DNA of 64,000 nt from the NCBI RefSeq assembly GCF_001194135.2, contig NC_068990.1, positions 70,368,967-70,432,966 on the forward strand, in the 5' to 3' direction. Source of the DNA: Octopus bimaculoides (taxonomy: Eukaryota). Below, in pieces: positions 62,136-64,000 of the stretch; position 1 is the stretch's first letter, and each line of letters opens with the position of its first letter. Below the pieces are notes generated by a model. The model saw only the letters and a program-made list of their open reading frames with translations. It was not told the DNA's origin and searched no databases. The translations under genes and the position numbers were made by a program.

Positions 62136-62301
62136 CGTCTTCTAATATTGCAATCTGGTGTTTGGCAAAACTAAATAAATAACAGATACCATCCATCTTT
62201 AAGAAATAATTATAAAAATAAAGTGAAAAGTATTTTTGGAAAATAGATGTATATGCTTCAAAAGGAACTTAATTCTTTTGATGTAAAAAACACTTTTTTA
62301 G

Positions 62302-62524
62302 CCCTTTTGATACAAACCCGCCTGAAACTGCCCCTGGTTCTAGGATACACACTTCTTTTTAAACCGATTTAAATTAAGACCTTCCATTAAAACTTCATGT
62401 TAATTTATGTCTGAAACACCATTTAATAGTGACAGTTATTTTACTAAATTCTTTTTTTTTTTTTTTTCCAAAATTAATCAAAGGAAGGCAGCATATTTCA
62501 GAAGAAAAGATGGTAACAAAATGG
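62302..62524. mobile_element. piggyBac-type MITE, family 1 (TSDs decayed)
   Basis: ttag|CCCTTTTGATAC ... GGTAACAAAATGG|ttta; the interior is collinear with 3422-3638. Confidence 0.75.
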
Positions 62525-63067
62525 TTTAAGAAGCAGTATTATTGTTGTTGCTGTTGGTTCTGACTGGTACCTCCAGAACTGTATTATTGGTTATATTTAC
62601 CAAACCTCTTAAGAACCCCAAAGAAATATACTTGTTAAATGTCTAGTTCTTTTACTTTAATTCTATGAGTCTTTTATCTTGTGACCGACTATATTGTCTT
62701 CTACAACTCATGGAACTGAGACTGTGTTGGAACTACTCTAGAGTTGTTACTTTGTTAATAGAACATTTCTTTGAAAATAATAGGCACAGTGGTCCTGTTG
62801 GTAAGACATAATGCTCCTTTATTGTGTTTCTATTGTAATGGGCTCAAGTCATTGCTAACCTCCACTCAGTATTTATTTGGTTTCCAGTTCCTTCTATTTT
62901 TTATTTTTGATTTCACTCTTTTGGCAAATATATTTTATCCATTGGTGTAGACACACCCACGAGGCATCATGCTTTATTTTATCAGCTCTACTGATGATAT
63001 CTGGGCAGTTATCTTTAATCAACTGCACTGTGTAAATATATGTACGTACACACACACACACGCACAT

Positions 63068-63104
<37 letters not shown>

Positions 63105-63299
63105 TAGTTGTCTAAGAATCTATAAGTCAGAACAAAATAAGCACTTGTATATTTGTGAATAGAGTGGGTGTGCTTATCAAATGGTACAGTATTATAGATA
63201 CATTTTAGCTGATCTTACCAATCAGTTTCACACTGGTATTAAATAACTAGATATTAGGCAACAGCACAGTTATGTGTGTATACATACATGCATACATAC

Positions 63300-63332
<33 letters not shown>

Positions 63333-63334
63333 AT

Positions 63335-63585
63335 CATCATCATCATCATAATTTAACATCTGTTTTCTGTGCTGGTATGGGCTGGACAGTTTGACACAAG
63401 TTGATAAGGCTGGTGGGGGTGGGGTCACACTAAGCCCCATTGTCTGTTCTTGCAGGGTTTCTCTGGCTGGATGCTCTTCTTAACGCTGACCACTTTACAG
63501 AGTGTACTGGATGCGTTTTATGTGGCACCATCAGCTGTGCTCTTTTCATGGCACCATCACCCTCTTTGCCTGGAACCAGCCTGTG
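63335..63585 (-). mobile_element. Degenerate RTE tail
   Basis: (CAT)n atttaacatctgttttctgtgctggtatgggctggacagtttgac...gctggatgctcttcttaacgctgaccact. Confidence 0.7.
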
Positions 63586-64000
63586 TGTGTGTGTACACAC
63601 ACACATATGCATACATACACTCTCATTTTGTCAATATTGTTATATTTCAGTACATTATGTTTGACTGCTTCATCAAATTGCCTTTAGCATTAATACTAAA
63701 TTGCATTTAGTATTAATTTGTTGGTTTCAGTATCTTCACTGTAATTCTGGATATCAGTTTCTGATATTCATCTGCTGCTACTATCAATAAATTTACTGCT
63801 GCTCTTTTGCTGTACCTCATCTGCCTCCACTTAATTCTCTGTTGTACCTCTATGTAGTAGCACCAGCAAGTTCATATTACCAATAGGTTTAGTGTCTTGT
63901 AATATCTCACAGCCAGTGTTTGTTCTCAGACTGCCATTGCTACTACTTTGTTGCTTCTCAAACTTCTGTTCTTCTCATCCATGTTACAGTTTCTGTTTTG

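Noticed and set aside
1399-63710. Numerous short ORFs rich in YI, CV, HT, SL or poly-F runs
   Set aside because: They are translations of (TA)n, (CA)n, (CT)n and T-rich tracts, or antisense frames of TEs.
1-64000. A novel multi-gene system (operon, defence island, intact mobile enzyme)
   Set aside because: No intact multi-domain ORF or gene cluster exists; every TE coding region is interrupted, and only two host exons are supportable.

Overview
Eukaryotic, AT-rich, repeat-dense genomic DNA with four N-gaps (3846-3855, 6355-6409, 9693-10591, 42027-42036). The SINE, RTE and MITE families and the microsatellite load suggest an octopus/cephalopod genome (inference from recalled repeat motifs, not from a search). 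The only host gene evidence is two + strand coding exons of the E1 enzyme UBA6: 45738-45832 (95 nt) and 51020-51048 (29 nt). They splice in frame to (S)[41 protein letters not shown]. The neighbouring exons were not found, so most of the window is probably UBA6 intron. The rest is layered transposon debris: a decayed Mag-type Gypsy element with a tRNA-Ser PBS, a second Gypsy remnant, RTE LINEs and many RTE 3' tails, an L1/Tx1 3' end, R4/Dong-clade (RLE) LINE pieces, two mariner relics, two Helitron derivatives, four TTAA piggyBac-type MITEs, long-TIR elements, three tRNA-derived SINE families and several minisatellites. No intact transposase or pol ORF, no true tRNA/rRNA, no CRISPR and no prokaryotic-type system were seen. 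The most unusual items are an R4-R4 chimera joined at a microhomology, a TIR element carrying a 55/50-bp higher-order minisatellite, a 250-bp fold-back element with a 4-bp TSD, a young long-TIR element with triplicated ACTTCCTGTT motifs, and a cluster of inverted repeats just upstream of the UBA6 exons. Repeat boundaries are approximate unless a terminus or TSD is quoted. All alignments were done by eye.
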